A stretch of DNA of 64,000 nt from assembly GCF_009914755.1 (NCBI RefSeq), contig NC_060932.1. One strand, written 5' to 3'. The translations under genes were made by a program, and so were the position numbers. Below, in pieces: positions 58,773 to 64,000 of the stretch; position 1 is the stretch's first letter; each line of letters starts with the position of its first letter. The notes under the pieces were generated by a model. It saw only the letters and a program-made list of their open reading frames with translations. It did no database searches and was not told where the DNA came from. This stretch comes from the human T2T-CHM13v2.0 reference genome, Homo sapiens.

Positions 58773-60164
58773 GACCCTAATCCCACAAATGCAGCTTTTC
58801 CCAGGGCACTTGGAGCTGCTCTTTCAGATTATCAGCTGTGACAATAAGGCCCTTCTTTTACTGCTGAATATTTGCTTTGGATGTTTTATTCAATTTCATT
58901 TATATATGTTAAGCAGTTCCTTATTTTTCAGTCCTAGGGAAAGGATTCTAGAGGTTCACTTCAGGAAGGAATGGGATCCCAAGGAGAAACTGAGGGAGAC
59001 AGGGTGGATAGAGACAAAGAGTTGGAGTGGAGAGTTTAATATTTGGGAGCCAGAAGTGATATAGATATTCCTAACAATTTTTTAACAAATAAATCATTTG
59101 CTTTTTAATGATTCTTTTCTATGTGCCAAGTTCTGATCTACACTTGGCATTTTAGATATAGTAATATATTTAATCTTTGCAATTTTCTGTGAAATCAGCA
59201 TTACTTTTCTATTTCATAGATGATGAGACTGAATCTTAGGGAGAAAAGTAATCAATGAGGCATAGCTATGGGGTTCTAGAAAACAAATTCAGGGAGATAA
59301 TCCTAAACTATAGAGTCAGAAATTAGTGTACTATTACCATTTGTACTGTGTTCAGCACTGAGAACTGATAAAATAAAAAAGGTAGTCTCTAAGTACATTA
59401 GCCACCAATCAGAAGACAGTCTCTATGTACAAATAGTGCTTATAGCTGTTCTTTTGACTTTGCTGTCAAAAGCCATTTCCAAACACAAAAAGAAGCAACA
59501 TTCTTAAATGCTCTGAAGTGAAGGAGTGTTTGGCATTTTCTTATGACAGAAAGCCTAGGTCAAGGTCAATTTTTGGTATTAGCCTAAATTGAGCTGATGG
59601 TGAGTCAGGGTTTTCAGTAAATGGCACACAGAGAGTGTCCGACATAGAGATAGTTTTCAGTATGTTCTCTTCGTTACTTCTCCATGTAAGATGTATCTGA
59701 AGCTCCTGGAAACAATGATTTAGTTATCTAATTTCTCACTTCATTTGAGGAATGTAAAGCTTTTAGAAAATATAACAGTATTATTCCCTCCAACCAATAC
59801 AAAAATCCATGTGACTATGATCATTTAATTAATATATGATATGTGGATAAATTCTAGCAACTTACATGTATAAACTATAAAATTTGTAATGTCTTTTAGC
59901 TGGAAGGTTTTAAAATGCAGTCGAGACTAAACTATTTTCTGAAATATAATTCAATTATATTTTATTGTTTACAAAATGAAGAATGGAAAACTGAATGTAA
60001 ATCCAGATAATGGTTTTATCTCTAGGAAAGTATAAATTTCTTATTATCAAGCAACTGCAAAACCCTTTTATGTGTTTAATGATGTGGCAGTTATAAAACT
60101 AGATTGAATAAATTGCTCATTGTTTTATGTTTTCTCATGAAGACAGTTTCATTAAGAACAGTTG

Positions 60165-60527
<363 letters not shown>

Positions 60528-60654
60528 TCATAAAATATTTGAACAGCATTTTTGGATTGAGAGAATTTGGGAGAAGTTCTTCTATATCAGTTAGAAGCCT
60601 GAGCTTCCACTTTTAGATTTTTAGCAAAAATATTTTTGCTGTCTTAACTTTGCC

Positions 60655-60691
60655 TTTTCTTTCTTTCCTTCCCTTTCTTTCTTTCTTTTTT

Positions 60692-60730
<39 letters not shown>

Positions 60731-60743
60731 GTCTGTCTGTCTG

Positions 60744-60795
<52 letters not shown>

Positions 60796-60840
60796 TTCCT
60801 TCCTTCCTTCTTTCTTCTCTTTCTTTCTCTCTCTCTCTTT
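60655..60840. repeat. Compound STR (TTTC)n(TCTG)n(TTTC)n derived from an Alu tail
   Basis: Direct reading; abuts the tail of the antisense Alu. Confidence 0.95.
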
Positions 60841-61120
60841 TTTTTGTTCAGAGTCACTCTGTCGCCCAGCCTGGAGTGCAGTGGCAGATCTCAGCTCACT
60901 GCAACCTCCGCCTCCTGGGTTCAAGCAACTCTGCCTCAGCCTCTCAAGTAACTGGAATCACAGGCGCACACCACTTACCCAGCTTATTTTTGTATTTTTA
61001 GTAGAGATGAGGGTTTCACCATGTTGGCCAGGCTCTCCTCGAACTCCTGACCTCAGGTGATCTGCCCGCCTTGGCCTCCCAAAGTGCGGAGATTACAGGC
61101 GTGAGCCACCGTGCCTGGCC
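60841..61120 (-). mobile_element. Alu (AluS-like)
   Basis: Antisense Alu ending gtgagccaccgtgcctggcc. Confidence 0.93.
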
Positions 61121-64000
61121 ACTTTTTCTTTATAATAATATTTTTTTCTACTGGGCTTATTATTAAAGACTTGAGTTCTGAAAATTTGTGAACTCCAAGT
61201 TCAAACTGGCCTTCAATTAAGTGGAAATCTTCTGTTTGTTTCTTGAAAATTCCCTCTCTTACTCCTCAGAAATGTTTTTTCTGAATATTACGATCTCCTC
61301 AAGTTCCCCTTCTTGCCCATCCTCATGCCAGTGCTGTGTGATGTGTTTACTTTTAACCATCTGTGTCTTTGTATTTAAAATGCATAGTTGGATCTTGGTT
61401 TTTTGTTTTTTGTTTTTTTCTTTCCAGTGTGGTAATTTTCGTCTTTTGAGTGTTTAGTCTATTTACACTTAAATTAGTTACTGCTGCAGTAGGTTTAATT
61501 CTATTACCTTACTATTTGTTTTCTACTAGTTCCATCTGTTCTTTATGTGGTGTTCTTTTTTTCCCGTTTCCCAACTTCTTTTGTATTAGTCAAATATTTC
61601 TTATTATGGCTTTTTTTTCTCTTTTAAGTTTTTAGGTCTACACTGCATGCTTTTTAGTGGTTATCCTTGGATATGCATTTCAATATGCATCCTTGGAACA
61701 CACATACACACAACATAATACATTTCTAGTTCTAGGATTACTTAGGTAAAACACAATCACATCATTTCTTTTCTTTTTTTTTTTTTTTTTCAGAATAATT
61801 TTAAAGATAGGGACATGCGCTCCAAATTTAACAGAAGTTCACTTACCGATAGTAAGACTTTGGAACTGTTAGTTTCACATAGTCACTGGAAGAACATCTT
61901 GAAACACACGAGTTTTGATTCCTGCCATGGTCCTCCGTCACAGTGCCAATCCCTCTGTTATATGCAATAAGATGTAATGTAGGCTCAACAGAGTTTAGAG
62001 TTTTATGCCAGCATTTCATAGTGGTGATACAAATCATCAGTTTCATAAAATAATGATGTTGGAAACACAGCAGTCAACAGAAGCAAATCCAATACTTTGC
62101 TCCATGTGCTGGTAGTCACCATATAGGAGTACCCTGAGAGAGTGGGGAGAGGCTTCCCTGTTGAGCAATCATTGGTGATTTAATCCACTGGTTTTCGAAA
62201 TCTGTAATGTAGTTTACAGCTGCCCCCAAGTAAAGCCAGAGCAAAACAGGCCTTAAAATATGGAAAGAAAAGTAGAGTACTCATTCAATAACCTCCAATA
62301 AAATAATTTATTTCTGATATACAGTGAGAGGAATCATGGCCATGTGAATTTGGAAAAATGTTACAAAACCATTAAGGCTTTTTGGTTGATTTTCTTACAG
62401 TTGGGAAATTTGTGAGGTTAACCACCTAGTCTAGTGTTGTTGTTGTTTTTTTTCAGTAATCTTTTTGTTTTGTTTTATTTTTAAGTAACTATTACCTATT
62501 CTTTTTAATTAGAGATAATAGCTTAAATTAAACTGTTTTTTTAAATATATGTAGTTATTAAAACTTCTGAGTTTTTCAATGAGATTCCATTACATACAAT
62601 TATTTAAAAAATATTTTCATCTGAAATTATGCGTGTGATTTTATGTGAGGCATCACCTGAAATAATATCTGTTTTTAAAATTCCCAGAGCAGTAAAAGAT
62701 ATTTGACAGAGCATGCATTCAATTATAAATCATTATGACTCAATTCCAAAACCTTGCTATATGTTGATCCTTAAAGTAGGTGCTGTTGCGTTTACAAAAA
62801 AATTTCATTTTAGGCTCAATAGGCAATATTACATAGTCTCTGAGCTTGAACAGTTAAGCTACTTGTTTACAGACATGAACAAAAATATATGCCCTGATAC
62901 TAGTTGTGAATTTTTTAAAATTGGACTTGGGATATTAATAAAAAAACAGATCAGATTTTCCTGCTAAAAGAATATGAATGAACAGGATGAAGGAGCAGAT
63001 TTCAAAAGACAGATCTGCTGGAACAGTATGAGGAGACTGAGTAGAACACAATATCATCAAGAAGCCAGTTTTCCACCTGGGTATTCCAGAGAGGAATGTT
63101 AATGTTTCAGCAATAATCATATATGACAACTTTTTAAAAAGTAATCCAATATAACAAATAGCAATGTTAAGGCAATTGCTAAAAAGCAATGGTGTCTGAA
63201 ACTACTCACTAAGCTAACTATAATTCTTAAATAAAAATTTAGGGATTGAATTTGTATACCTAAGGAAAATAAGAATATTTAATCTTTATGCAAATCCCTA
63301 AAGCTCAGTGCTGATTCATTTACAAGGAACCCATATGGTTCTGGCCTTTCACAGAGGTCCACAAGCCCCTGTTTCTATAAATGGACATGTAGGGTGGTTC
63401 CGGAAGGGGGCAGTTATTGTTAGGGGTATCTGGCAGTAGGTAGCAGGGCTCTAATTCCTAGAAAGACCTCAGTGAAAAAAGAAGTTGAAAGACCAGACCC
63501 TACACCTAGGGAAACTAGAATACCTGCCAGACACCAATGGATGAACAGATTCTTGTGCTCAGGAGACAGAAATTAAGAACAAAGTTTGAAGAACAAATAT
63601 TCCTGGGTTCCAATCTAGACATGAAGCTCTCCACGTGATTTTGGGAAAGTCACTTTACCTCTACTGGCTTTGTTAGCTAATCAGCAAAATATTGAAAATT
63701 GCAATATGTACTTTATCTGATTCTTTTGAGAATTAAATAAAATAAGTGAATATGGTGCTTGGCACATAAACTGCAAAAAATGCAATTCATTTTTATTAAA
63801 GTTGATCTAGTGTTGAGCTGGTAGAGCTGAGGAAAAGATTGAAGACAAAGCTCGGCAGAGGGCAGGAAGGTGGGTGAGTATTTATGAAGAAGGTGTGATT
63901 GAGATGAGTAGATTAACTTGGGCATTTATAGAAAAAAGATTGAGATTCAAAATCTGTGGTTTCAATGGCAATGAAACCACTGAAACTTTTATGAAATTTA

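Noticed and set aside
60613-61060. K/E/R-rich and F/L/S-rich ORFs (also 44673-44967)
   Set aside because: Translations of simple repeats.

Overview
Primate (almost certainly human) genomic DNA, AT-rich and dense in interspersed repeats. It contains the 3' end of PREX2, recognised from the translated peptide (recalled locus 8q13, not verified here). Three short GT-AG coding exons on the + strand (10320-10422, 17262-17329, 24036-24081) splice in frame to ...[72 protein letters not shown] ~5.6 kb 3'UTR follows, ending near AATAAA 29709-29714. The remaining ~34 kb is apparently intergenic and made of Alu, L1, L2, MIR, LTR (THE1, MLT1, MER74-like, ERV1-like) and DNA-transposon remnants. A Y1 RNA retropseudogene lies in an intron. 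None of the ORFs in the supplied track looks like a real gene, and I see no convincing new multi-gene system. The most unusual sequence-level signal is a set of three short local copies (120 bp, 74 bp, 28 bp), each 1.5-3.8 kb from its partner; one has stutter and fold-back junctions typical of template switching. Also notable: phase-symmetric internal exons flanked by inverted Alus (candidate stop-free circRNA) and regulatory motif clusters in the 3'UTR. Repeat subfamily calls come from recalled consensus features and their boundaries are approximate.
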